Source: Candidatus Omnitrophota bacterium
GTDB lineage: Bacteria > Omnitrophota > Gorgyraeia > Zapsychrales > Fredricksoniimonadaceae
Assembly: GCA_013286575.1 (NCBI GenBank)
Contig: JABDFL010000004.1
Coordinates: 1 to 55,473 of the forward strand
Direction: 5' to 3'
Length of the DNA stretch: 55,473 nt
The notes beneath the pieces were generated by a model, which did no database searches, was not told the origin of the DNA, and worked only from the letters and a program-made list of their open reading frames with translations. The position numbers were made by a program, and so were the translations under genes. Below, piece after piece: positions 1 through 8,364 of this stretch (position 1 is the first letter of the stretch; each line of letters begins with the position of its first letter).

Positions 1-48
1 TGAAACAACGGCCATTAATATCAAAAACCCGGCGATGGAAATCAACAT
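1..48 (-). CDS. 5' fragment of a small hydrophobic protein (continues past window start)
   Basis: Minus-strand ATG at 46-48 followed by MLISIAGFLILMAVVS. GGGG lies about 5 nt upstream. It sits 22 nt downstream of the 71..568 gene in the same operon. Only 16 codons are visible. Confidence 0.25.
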   Translation of the reverse strand, partial: MLISIAGFLILMAVVS

Positions 49-70
49 TATTCCCCGCGTATTTGTCCTT

Positions 71-568
71 TTAAATTCCATATAATTCTCCTTTGACGAT
101 AAGGGCGTTATTTTCAGTTGAAATCTCCGACACTTTAAAATCTGTCCGGTTTTCCAAGAGATAAATATCATTTAAAACTTCGGCCATATCTGTTTCATTT
201 GAGAATTTCTCTACATTTATAGTTAAGGGCAATCCTTTGACGTTCCTGAATCCTGTAGCCACATAATAGTCTTCAATATTCTCATTTTCCTTTGCTTGGA
301 CGCCAAAAGCGATGTCCATTTGCGTCCCGCTGTAGGTTTCAAACATCTTTGTTTCATTAACAAAAAAAGTGAACGCATTTGAGATGGACTTGGGGACATT
401 CTTCTTAAACCTTTGTTTTTGGTCCACTTCCCCGGAAAGCGCCGAATTCTCGGACATGATCTCATTTTTTTGCTTCTTTATATCCATTGTTCGCGAGCTT
501 AACGTAAGGCCTGAATTGACCAAAATAACCGCGATGCCAAAGGCGATAACGAGCATTATTTTATTCAT
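71..568 (-). CDS. bitopic membrane protein, PilO/GspM-like assembly component (tentative)
   Basis: 165 aa with a single N-terminal TM helix (IMLVIAFGIAVILVNSGL), then a charged stretch and a small globular domain. It overlaps the upstream gene by 4 nt and lies in the operon with the secretin. Confidence 0.45.
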   Translation of the reverse strand: MNKIMLVIAFGIAVILVNSGLTLSSRTMDIKKQKNEIMSENSALSGEVDQKQRFKKNVPKSISNAFTFFVNETKMFETYSGTQMDIAFGVQAKENENIEDYYVATGFRNVKGLPLTINVEKFSNETDMAEVLNDIYLLENRTDFKVSEISTENNALIVKGELYGI

Positions 569-1746
569 AAGTCCACTTTCAAATATTTACCCGGACGGTT
601 TTTGATAAAAAAATCCTTAATTTCAGCGTTTTTCAATATTTTGGCCCTGGGGATCTCATCATAAAACTGGTCATCCTGGGCAAATATATAGGTTTCAAAA
701 ACCCGGTGCCAGCCATTACCTGTAAACTTAAAAGATGAGATTTCATAGGTGCTGGGCAATAAACCTGACACCTCAAAAAATACGCTTGAATAATTCAGGT
801 CCTTTGATCTTCTTAAAGAATCCTGATAGATGTATTGGTCTATTGTGTTAAGCGCATCTTTTAATCGGGAATTCTTAAGTTTTTCTCCATCGAAATCGCG
901 GGAAGCACAGGAGTAAGTGATTTGGTTAAATCCAAAGAACAATATTCCGGCAAGGCAAATACTGATAGAAACAATCAAATACATGAACCTTGAACGCATT
1001 TCTTCTTTTTTACGTTCGAGGATGATCTCTTCATGGATCCTGTATTTAATCGGCGGGCCAATGAATTTCAGGCCTTCCAGTGCCGGATGGCGGCAATCAA
1101 GAAACTCGACGGCAAGCCCCGGCTCTGAAAGTTTGATATCTTCAGCCATCTGCCTGTTATTGGTAATGACCGCAAAATCCCCTGTGACGCTTTTACTTGC
1201 AAACTCCCCTAACTTTTTGTTGAAATCAATATGTGAGCGCTTAATATCGGGCAAAATATCTTCCGCATTACCGGTATAAATGGTCCTTGTCCTGCTAAAC
1301 TTCAACCCATCAAAGACAGTTATCAACTTCTCATGACCCGAATCATCGACAAAAACGATCAATCCTGCCATGTCCGTCTTCCTATTTATAAGAAGGCTGC
1401 GGACGGCAATGGCATAAGGAACAAAGGCATCTACTTTTGAGCTGGGGACCAAAGAGTATATTTCTTTGACTTTTTCGGCTTTTATGCCGAACACCTGGAA
1501 AATATTGTTGTCTATCCTTTCATTGAGAGTGATGTATTCATCCGAATAAACCGCCGCAAACTTTTGGGCCAATATACTGTCTTTTTTATCCAAATAATCC
1601 TGGGGTGCGGAGGCGATCATCACATCGACATCCACACAGCAAAGGCAGGCTTTTTCAATAGGGCCTAAATTTTCCCCCTTTCCCATTGTCCTGGTGACTT
1701 GCCCGTCACTGATAAATATTTCATTGTTAAATAATAGATAGTTCAT
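565..1746 (-). CDS. GspL-like / PilM-PilN-fusion-like assembly protein (tentative)
   Basis: 393 aa: a ~250-aa cytoplasmic part, one TM helix (FMYLIVSISICLAGILFFGF) and a ~115-aa periplasmic tail. It overlaps the secretin gene by 4 nt. Confidence 0.4.
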   Translation of the reverse strand: MNYLLFNNEIFISDGQVTRTMGKGENLGPIEKACLCCVDVDVMIASAPQDYLDKKDSILAQKFAAVYSDEYITLNERIDNNIFQVFGIKAEKVKEIYSLVPSSKVDAFVPYAIAVRSLLINRKTDMAGLIVFVDDSGHEKLITVFDGLKFSRTRTIYTGNAEDILPDIKRSHIDFNKKLGEFASKSVTGDFAVITNNRQMAEDIKLSEPGLAVEFLDCRHPALEGLKFIGPPIKYRIHEEIILERKKEEMRSRFMYLIVSISICLAGILFFGFNQITYSCASRDFDGEKLKNSRLKDALNTIDQYIYQDSLRRSKDLNYSSVFFEVSGLLPSTYEISSFKFTGNGWHRVFETYIFAQDDQFYDEIPRAKILKNAEIKDFFIKNRPGKYLKVDL

Positions 1747-3518
1747 ATATTCCTGATCACACTTTTGGGTGTAATGATGATGACAAGTTCTGTTTTTTGA
1801 TTTGACCTGGCTTTATACTCAAAAGCATTCCCCAAAAAAGGGATTTTATCCAGGTAAGGCACCCCCTCTGTCGAATTATTCCTGGTTGAACTGATAAGTC
1901 CCCCCAGAATTAAAGTCTTCCCGGGCACAAGTCCCACATTGGTCGTAATGCTTTTGGTTGAAACCTGCGGCTCCTGGATGGTTAATCCGTTGCCAACCGG
2001 CACATTATTCATGGAATCAAGGGTGTTTACCGCCGCGGAAATATTCAATACTGTCTTGTCTTCTTCTATCTTTGCTTCCAATCTCATCGTTAAGCCATCT
2101 GAGACTTCGGACGTGGTAACATTGGATTGGGTGACATTATTCCCTATGGTTTGGCCTGTTCCTGAAATGTACGGAATGCTGGTTACTTCCTGTATGATGC
2201 ATGGAAACATATTTGATACGGTAATCGAAGGCCTGCTGACGACATTCACATCGCCCATCGAATCCAGCGCTTTAAGTACCATCGAAACGCCGCCGTCAGT
2301 TGTGCCACTGCCGGAATCCGGGCCTGTGGCTGATAAGGTCAGCAGCTGGCCGCTTAAAAACCCGGCTGAAGAAAAATTTGTCGAGGCTGTAATATTGTTA
2401 AGTCCTGCCAGTTTTTTGGCGATCGTATTCCAATCGATGCCGGTTTCATAATCATTGGATAGGGTCACCTCGATAATTTGGATTTCAAAACTCTGCTGGC
2501 GGCTTAGGGTCTCATTGATGGTAGAAACCAGATCACCTATTTTGTCGAGCACCGCAGGCTTGTCCGTCACAATAATCGAGCCGCTTACCTTATTAATAGA
2601 GTAGCTGCCCACTTGCGGCGTGATCATTGATTTGACGTTATTTTCCAGATCAGTCCACAAAGAAAGCTTGGGCGAACTGTTTTCATAATAAATCTTTGTC
2701 CCCACCTTAATATCCTGGTCTTGCTGATTAGCCGTTAAAGCGGTCGTGTTGTTATTATTACTATCTGCAAATGATTCATTAGAAGTCTCGTCTGTAAATT
2801 GCTGGTCTACCGCCGGCATGTTTATATTAAAAATCCTGGTTTCCGTTTCTGTGATGATCAAATCCTCTTGGGAGACTTTGAATCCATACCCAAATTTATA
2901 CAAAAGGCTTTTTAAGGCCCTCCAAATCTCTATATTCTCAAGATTGATGGTTGTTTTTTGGGAATCAATTTCCGGGGTCGTGATCACGTTGTAGCCAGTG
3001 GCCTGGGATATCGTAGAAAGGTAAATCTTCAAAGGCAGATCATTGCCCTTTAGCGTGATCTTAAGATTTAATTCCGGCGGAAGGTCCGAAGCTTGCTTTG
3101 TGGTCTTGGGCTCAGGCACGGTATCCATTTTGGCGGGTATTGTTTTATCTTCACCCTTGTCAACAAAAGCCGCCATTTTATGGATGGTCAATTTTGTGTA
3201 AAAATCGTCCTTGGCTATAAATCTCAACACATAAACCTCACCGGAAACGCCACTCACCGTCATTTCAGCTACCTCGGAATCAACCGGCATTAGTTCCAGA
3301 GTATTCGATTTTTTATCATTACGTTTAATAACATACGAATCCGCACCGAATCCTCTTACTACCCCATTGACGGGTTCGGGAAAAATGACAGTGGTCACAT
3401 GATCTTTTTTAACATGTATGTACACCTCTTTGCCGTCGTAAACATAGTCTTTTATTTCCGCGCGGGCGATTGGTAAAAACATTGAAGTGAAAAAAATAAT
3501 GAGCAGCAGATTTTTCAT
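1743..3518 (-). CDS. secretin (GspD/PilQ family outer-membrane channel)
   Basis: The C-terminal secretin core is recognisable (VVSRPSITVSNMFPCIIQEV, LILGGLISSTRNNSTEGVPYLDKIPFLGNAFEYKARSNQKTELVIIITPKSV). The signal peptide MKNLLLIIFFTSMFLPIARA/E starts at the ATG at 3516-3518. The track ORF extends to 3569, but those extra 17 aa precede the signal peptide. Confidence 0.85.
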   Translation of the reverse strand: MKNLLLIIFFTSMFLPIARAEIKDYVYDGKEVYIHVKKDHVTTVIFPEPVNGVVRGFGADSYVIKRNDKKSNTLELMPVDSEVAEMTVSGVSGEVYVLRFIAKDDFYTKLTIHKMAAFVDKGEDKTIPAKMDTVPEPKTTKQASDLPPELNLKITLKGNDLPLKIYLSTISQATGYNVITTPEIDSQKTTINLENIEIWRALKSLLYKFGYGFKVSQEDLIITETETRIFNINMPAVDQQFTDETSNESFADSNNNNTTALTANQQDQDIKVGTKIYYENSSPKLSLWTDLENNVKSMITPQVGSYSINKVSGSIIVTDKPAVLDKIGDLVSTINETLSRQQSFEIQIIEVTLSNDYETGIDWNTIAKKLAGLNNITASTNFSSAGFLSGQLLTLSATGPDSGSGTTDGGVSMVLKALDSMGDVNVVSRPSITVSNMFPCIIQEVTSIPYISGTGQTIGNNVTQSNVTTSEVSDGLTMRLEAKIEEDKTVLNISAAVNTLDSMNNVPVGNGLTIQEPQVSTKSITTNVGLVPGKTLILGGLISSTRNNSTEGVPYLDKIPFLGNAFEYKARSNQKTELVIIITPKSVIRNI

Positions 3519-3672
3519 AATTGACCCCGTAAGATTTATTGGATTTGTTGAACAGCGATAATATGGCACAATATTGATTATTTGTCAATATTTATTTGCA
3601 CATATTGCTAATTAGTTTGATTAAATGTCAATATTGGAGAGAAAAAAATTTGATCGTAGAATTTCAATAAGG

Positions 3673-4962
3673 TTATAACTTAACCACTTTCTTATCCATC
3701 TTCCCTTTATATATGTTGCGTGTATCGAAAATTTTCCGGGCATTTTTATAGATTAAATCATAATTAACCGCTGTATGGTCCACGGCCACGACCACCACAT
3801 CATAACCTTTAATCTTTGCCGGGGTTAAATCAATGCCTTTGAGGTCCAATTCACCCAGCTTAAGATACGGAATTAACGGATCGTAATAATCCACCCGGGC
3901 TTCTTTTTTCAAGAGCTCGATAAGCTTTAGGGCTGGCGATTTTCTAAGATCTTTAACATCTTTTTTATAGGTCACGCCCAAAACCAGGACTTTGGCTTTT
4001 TTAAATGATTTTCCAAGCATGGCCTTCAATCGCGTGACCGCGTAATCAGGCATGTTGTGATTGGTGTCCGCCGCTAATTTAATAAATTTGCAGCTAAAAT
4101 CGTAATGCTTGGCTTTCCAATATAAATACAACGGGTCTTCAGGAATGCAATGGCCGCCCACCCCCAGCCCCGGATAAAAAGGCATAAAACCAAATGGCTT
4201 GGTCTTGGCCGCGTCAATGACTTCCCACACGTCAATATTTAGCGCATGGCACATTTGCGCGATCTCATTGATCCAGCCGATATTGACGATGCGGAAGGAA
4301 TTTTCCAAAAGTTTGGTCATCTCCGCAGACCTGGGCGAGGACACCTGATGCACCTGGGCTATGATCTTGCTGTAAAGCAGGCTGGTCAGTTGTGCGCAGG
4401 TCCGGGTCAAGCCGCCGACAACTTTAGGGATTTCTGTCACCGCAAAATTCTTGTTGCCCGGGTCAATGCGTTCAGGGGAAAAAGCAACATAAAAATCCTT
4501 ACCTGCTTTTAAACCGCTTTTTTCCAATTCAGGCTTGATAAGCTCTTCGGTGGTGCCGGGGTAGGTGGTGCTCTCCAAAATAACAAGCATGTCCTTGTGC
4601 AAATGCTTTGTAACACTTGTTACAGCACTGACAATGAAGGAAATATCCGGGGTGTATTTGCGCTTAAGGGGTGTGGGCACGCAGATAATGGCGATGTCTG
4701 CCCGGGACAATAAATTAAAATCCGTGGATACATTAAAGAGCTTGCGGCGGATGATGCGGGCTATGCGGGCGCCGGAGACGTCCGTATCATAGCTTTTCAG
4801 GTCCCGGATCCGCCCCACCCTTTGGGCATTAGTATCGATCCCTAAAACGTTGAAACCTTTTTCCGCGAAGGCCACGGCCAGCGGCAGGCCGACATAGCCC
4901 AATCCGATCACCGCAACGCGGGCTTGCTTACTATTGATTTTATTCTTGAGCTTTGTAGACAT
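3673..4962 (-). CDS. nucleotide-sugar dehydrogenase (UDP-glucose/GDP-mannose dehydrogenase family, WecC/WbpA/TviB-like)
   Basis: 429 aa with an N-terminal Rossmann motif (VAVIGLGYVGLPLAVAFAEKGFNV) and the catalytic Cys region GGHCIPEDP. Confidence 0.85.
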   Translation of the reverse strand: MSTKLKNKINSKQARVAVIGLGYVGLPLAVAFAEKGFNVLGIDTNAQRVGRIRDLKSYDTDVSGARIARIIRRKLFNVSTDFNLLSRADIAIICVPTPLKRKYTPDISFIVSAVTSVTKHLHKDMLVILESTTYPGTTEELIKPELEKSGLKAGKDFYVAFSPERIDPGNKNFAVTEIPKVVGGLTRTCAQLTSLLYSKIIAQVHQVSSPRSAEMTKLLENSFRIVNIGWINEIAQMCHALNIDVWEVIDAAKTKPFGFMPFYPGLGVGGHCIPEDPLYLYWKAKHYDFSCKFIKLAADTNHNMPDYAVTRLKAMLGKSFKKAKVLVLGVTYKKDVKDLRKSPALKLIELLKKEARVDYYDPLIPYLKLGELDLKGIDLTPAKIKGYDVVVVAVDHTAVNYDLIYKNARKIFDTRNIYKGKMDKKVVKL

Positions 4963-4974
4963 ATCACTTCAGCG

Positions 4975-5949
4975 TTACTTGGCTGCTTGGAGCTCTGCCA
5001 TCTTTTGCTGGGCCGCATCAGAAGGCTTCCAGAACCAGCCTTGAGGGTCCCAACATTGCGCGTAAGAATAATCGCTGAGCACTTTCTTATAGGCATTGAG
5101 CGCATCAGCATTCTTATTGCTCATCTGATAAGCTTCACCCAAAATAAACATGCCCGTACCAAGATCATTGAGTGCCCAGTATTTAAAAATCTGATCATTG
5201 CTGCCGGCGGGATAATCTTTCAGGGACTTTTGCATGTCCAGGGCTTGCTGATGGTATAAATGTTCAAGCTTCATATCATAGGCAATCACTTCGTCAAGAT
5301 TCTTATTGTTCAATGCTTGCCACATCTGTTTGACTATAAAACTGGAAGTCATATTGCCGTAATCCAGGTCCAGATTATGCGCGATCATGTACAAAGAATC
5401 CTGGGCGCCATCAACGGGCTTCCAGAAAGTCTTGGAATTCACATCATAGGTCTGGCCGTAGGAAAATTCATTGATAATGCGGTTAAAGGCGGCTTTAGCT
5501 TCATCCATGTGCTTGGCCCTGCGATAGGCCTCACCCTGGATATATAGAGAAGTGGCCACATCGTTAAGGGCCCAATAAGAAAAAATATTCTGATCATTAC
5601 CGGCAGGATAAGCTTTAAGACCGCTTTGCATCTTGGCTGCTTGTGCGGAATAAAAACTGATGCATTTATTCGTATAGGCAAGGACCCCGTCCAGGTCTTT
5701 ATCTGCCAGAGCTTCCCAAGCTTTGGTCGTCAAGGTCGAAGACCTGTAATCCCCAAAATTGTACGCCCCATGCACATTACCGGCCTCCGCCATAGGAGGA
5801 ACGAGAGCGGGAGCAGGTTCTGAAACAGGAGCCGCCGGAGCACTCGGAACTGCTGTCGCAGCAGGCTGATTAGCAGCATAGGCAGTTATGCTCAAAGCCA
5901 AAAAACAAATACCAATCCCATAAATATAAATCTTATTCATTTTCCTCAA
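4975..5949 (-). CDS. secreted protein built from two tandem ~125-aa repeats (helical/TPR-like, function unknown)
   Basis: 324 aa with a signal peptide (LALSITAYA/ANQ) and a Pro/Ala-rich linker. Two colinear copies follow: KAYPAGNDQNIFSYWALNDV...FWKPVDGAQ and KDYPAGSNDQIFKYWALNDL...FWKPSDAAQ. Confidence 0.7.
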   Translation of the reverse strand: MRKMNKIYIYGIGICFLALSITAYAANQPAATAVPSAPAAPVSEPAPALVPPMAEAGNVHGAYNFGDYRSSTLTTKAWEALADKDLDGVLAYTNKCISFYSAQAAKMQSGLKAYPAGNDQNIFSYWALNDVATSLYIQGEAYRRAKHMDEAKAAFNRIINEFSYGQTYDVNSKTFWKPVDGAQDSLYMIAHNLDLDYGNMTSSFIVKQMWQALNNKNLDEVIAYDMKLEHLYHQQALDMQKSLKDYPAGSNDQIFKYWALNDLGTGMFILGEAYQMSNKNADALNAYKKVLSDYSYAQCWDPQGWFWKPSDAAQQKMAELQAAK

Positions 5950-6090
5950 CTTCCTAAATTAATGATGTTCTTAAAACGTTAAACAAAGAATTTATCAGGG
6001 ATGCGTTGAATCCAGGGAATAACGGGTATTGAATTATGGTGAGAATATATACTATGGAAGACGGTTTGTCAAATCTGTAAGATACGAAAA

Positions 6091-6530
6091 TGGTGGAGGT
6101 GGGCGGGATCGAACCGCCGTCCTTGAGTCTCGTAATATAAGCGTCTACATGTGTATTTTGTCTTCTTATCTCTCATCCCTCACCCTCCGGCAAACAGGAT
6201 TGTTTCGGGACCAGCCTCTTAAGGTCTCGCCTTCATGCAAAAGGCAAACATGAAAGCCAGCCTGCTTAATGACCGTTTATCCAACTAGCAGGCGTTGCCG
6301 GTAAACGGGCTTAGTTACAGTGTAACTAAGACTTAGACAGCCGGAACTAATGCCGGAGCGGCCACAGGCATTGCTGCCATGTGAGCGTCGACAATGTTCT
6401 GAGCTGCCAATACAGCGCTATCGTTTTCGTTAGCGTTTAATTTTTGCTTAGATTATTTTACGAGGCCTACCAAGCTTCCTCGACACGCGACCTATACCCG
6501 ACTAACACAAGTCGAAACCAAATCACCCCC
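6091..6530 (-). ncRNA. ssrA: tmRNA (ssrA)
   Basis: The minus-strand 5' end is GGGGGUGAUUUGGUUUCGAC. The 3' end is GGCGGUUCGAUCCCGCCCACCUCCACCA (T-arm, acceptor, encoded CCA). The acceptor helix has the G3:U alanine identity pair. GCCUCGUAAAA precedes the resume codon GCU, as in E. coli tmRNA. The gene lies directly downstream of smpB. Confidence 0.9.
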
Positions 6531-6604
6531 ATTAGAAAGAACAGCTACATCTATATGATAACCCAAGAATGCATTTTTAGCAAATTTTGCTTCACCCTCG
6601 CCGG

Positions 6605-7054
6605 CTACCGTTTTATTTTAATCGAACGGTCGATTTCCCGTTTTGTTTCACGCTTCTTGATATCTTCGCGCTTATCATATAGTTTTTTGCCCTGGCCTAC
6701 GGCGATTTCTACCTTGGCCCAGCCGCGTTTGTTGAAATAGATCTTGGTGGGGATAAGCGTCAGTCCTTTGCGGGTCAATTGCCCGTTGATACGCTCAATT
6801 TCTTTAGCATGCATCAGGAGTTTGCGCGGGCGGGCAGGTTCTTCATTCAGATAACTGGATTGCTCATAAGGATTGATGTACAGATTATAAAGGAACAGCT
6901 CGCCTTTATCAATATGGGCAAAGGCATCGGTGAAACTGGCCCCGCCGGCGCGCAGGCTCTTGACCTCACCGCCGTTTAAAGCGATGCCGCACTCCCACTT
7001 TTCGAGGAGATTATAATTGTGATACGCTTTTTTATTGGTGGCAATCGTCGTCAT
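6605..7054 (-). CDS. smpB: SsrA-binding protein SmpB
   Basis: 149 aa with NKKAYHNYNLLEKWECGIALNGGEVKSLR and a basic C-terminal tail. It is adjacent to ssrA. Confidence 0.95.
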   Translation of the reverse strand: MTTIATNKKAYHNYNLLEKWECGIALNGGEVKSLRAGGASFTDAFAHIDKGELFLYNLYINPYEQSSYLNEEPARPRKLLMHAKEIERINGQLTRKGLTLIPTKIYFNKRGWAKVEIAVGQGKKLYDKREDIKKRETKREIDRSIKIKR

Positions 7055-7055
7055 T

Positions 7056-8006
7056 TTAATTCACTAATTTCCCATATAACCCCAAAAATATGGGAATGGT
7101 TATCATGCTTAAAAGATGGGTGATAAAAATGCCCCGGTTGATAAAATCCTGGTTTTTTGTTTCATAATTACGGGCAATGACGGAAATCGTAATAGATGTC
7201 GGCATACAAGCCTGAAGAATGGCCACAAAACTGACCAAAGGATTTAATTTCACCACTGATAATACTAACAAAGTTACCAGAGGTAAAACGATTAATTTGA
7301 TCAGTACAGCACCTGTCACCTGGGTCCAGTTCATTTTGGCAAAGCTGCACAAACTTAAATTCCCCCCGATAACGATCATGGCAATGGGCAGGGCCGCATC
7401 CCCTAAAATCTTGACCGGCTTTAAAACAGCTTGTGGAATAACATGACCTCCGACCGTTAAAACTATGATAAGAGCGGCAAACATGCTCATCAAAGGAGGG
7501 TTGATCAGGTTTCTTAAATCCATACGCCCTGATTTGTCCTTGGTGATAATCCAAAGGCCCAATGACCACAGGACCAGATCAAAACCAATGATGGAAAAGA
7601 TCACAGAGGTGTACACCAACCCTGCCCACTTGCCCAAAGGCAGGGACATGGCCAGCAGCATGGGGATATATCCGCCATTATTTAAAGAGGACACCGCTAA
7701 AAATCCATCCTTGAGATGGCCATGGTGCCGCAGCGTTACCAGAAAAGAGATCAGCAGGCCTGTCAAGGCCAGGCTGATATTAACCAGGGGAAATTGCCAC
7801 CAAAAAGGGATACGTACGGCATCAAAATGAGCAATGATCTGGTAGAATATAAATAATGGGAAAAAAATATTGATGCTTAAAAAGGACAAAAGCCTCAGGC
7901 CGGATTCAGGGACACGGCCGCTGCGGACCAGCCAAAAACCCATGGCCCCCATGGCAAAAATCTGGGTTATGGCAATCGCGGATGTTTGAAAAGTTATAGG
8001 AAACAT
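7056..8006 (-). CDS. AEC (auxin efflux carrier) family permease
   Basis: Polytopic membrane protein of about 316 aa counted from the ATG at 8004-8006 (MFPITFQTSAIAITQIF), with GGGGG about 5 nt upstream. The track ORF extends to 8177, but those 57 extra residues are non-membrane and look spurious. Confidence 0.7.
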   Translation of the reverse strand: MFPITFQTSAIAITQIFAMGAMGFWLVRSGRVPESGLRLLSFLSINIFFPLFIFYQIIAHFDAVRIPFWWQFPLVNISLALTGLLISFLVTLRHHGHLKDGFLAVSSLNNGGYIPMLLAMSLPLGKWAGLVYTSVIFSIIGFDLVLWSLGLWIITKDKSGRMDLRNLINPPLMSMFAALIIVLTVGGHVIPQAVLKPVKILGDAALPIAMIVIGGNLSLCSFAKMNWTQVTGAVLIKLIVLPLVTLLVLSVVKLNPLVSFVAILQACMPTSITISVIARNYETKNQDFINRGIFITHLLSMITIPIFLGLYGKLVN

Positions 8007-8247
8007 AAAAGACCCCCGATTAAAACATTCGGGGATGACCCCTTTCATTAGAATCTTTAAGGGGTCAATTATAACAGTTGCGGCTTCTTGTTGACAGACA
8101 ATTTTCATACCGTTATACTGTGAATTCCAGTTAAGGAAGGGTTCCCATTGCTGGGTGGCGGCAATAACTTCTTCCATAATGTGTTATTAAGAGTGGAAGT
8201 TATTCCCGCCAGCCCGGCAAACTTCCACAATTCTAATTAGAAAGTTT

Positions 8248-8332
8248 GCCGGGGTGGCGGAATTGGTATACGCGTACGTCTCAGAAGCGTATGGCGAAAG
8301 CCTTGAGAGTTCAAATCTCTCCTCCGGCACCA
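8248..8332 (+). tRNA. tRNA-Leu (anticodon CAG), long variable arm, encoded CCA
   Basis: GCCGGGG-TG-GCGG..CGC-TACGT-CTCAGAA-GCGTA-TGGCGAAAGCCTT-GAGAG-TTCAAAT-CTCTC-CTCCGGC-A-CCA folds as a class II cloverleaf. Confidence 0.9.
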
Positions 8333-8364
8333 TATATAGTATTATTTAGAGAATAGGGGTTTTT

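Noticed and set aside
6029-6740. Track ORFs 6029..6253 and 6444..6740 (plus strand)
   Set aside because: They overlap the tmRNA gene and the smpB 3' end, and the region is explained by ssrA.
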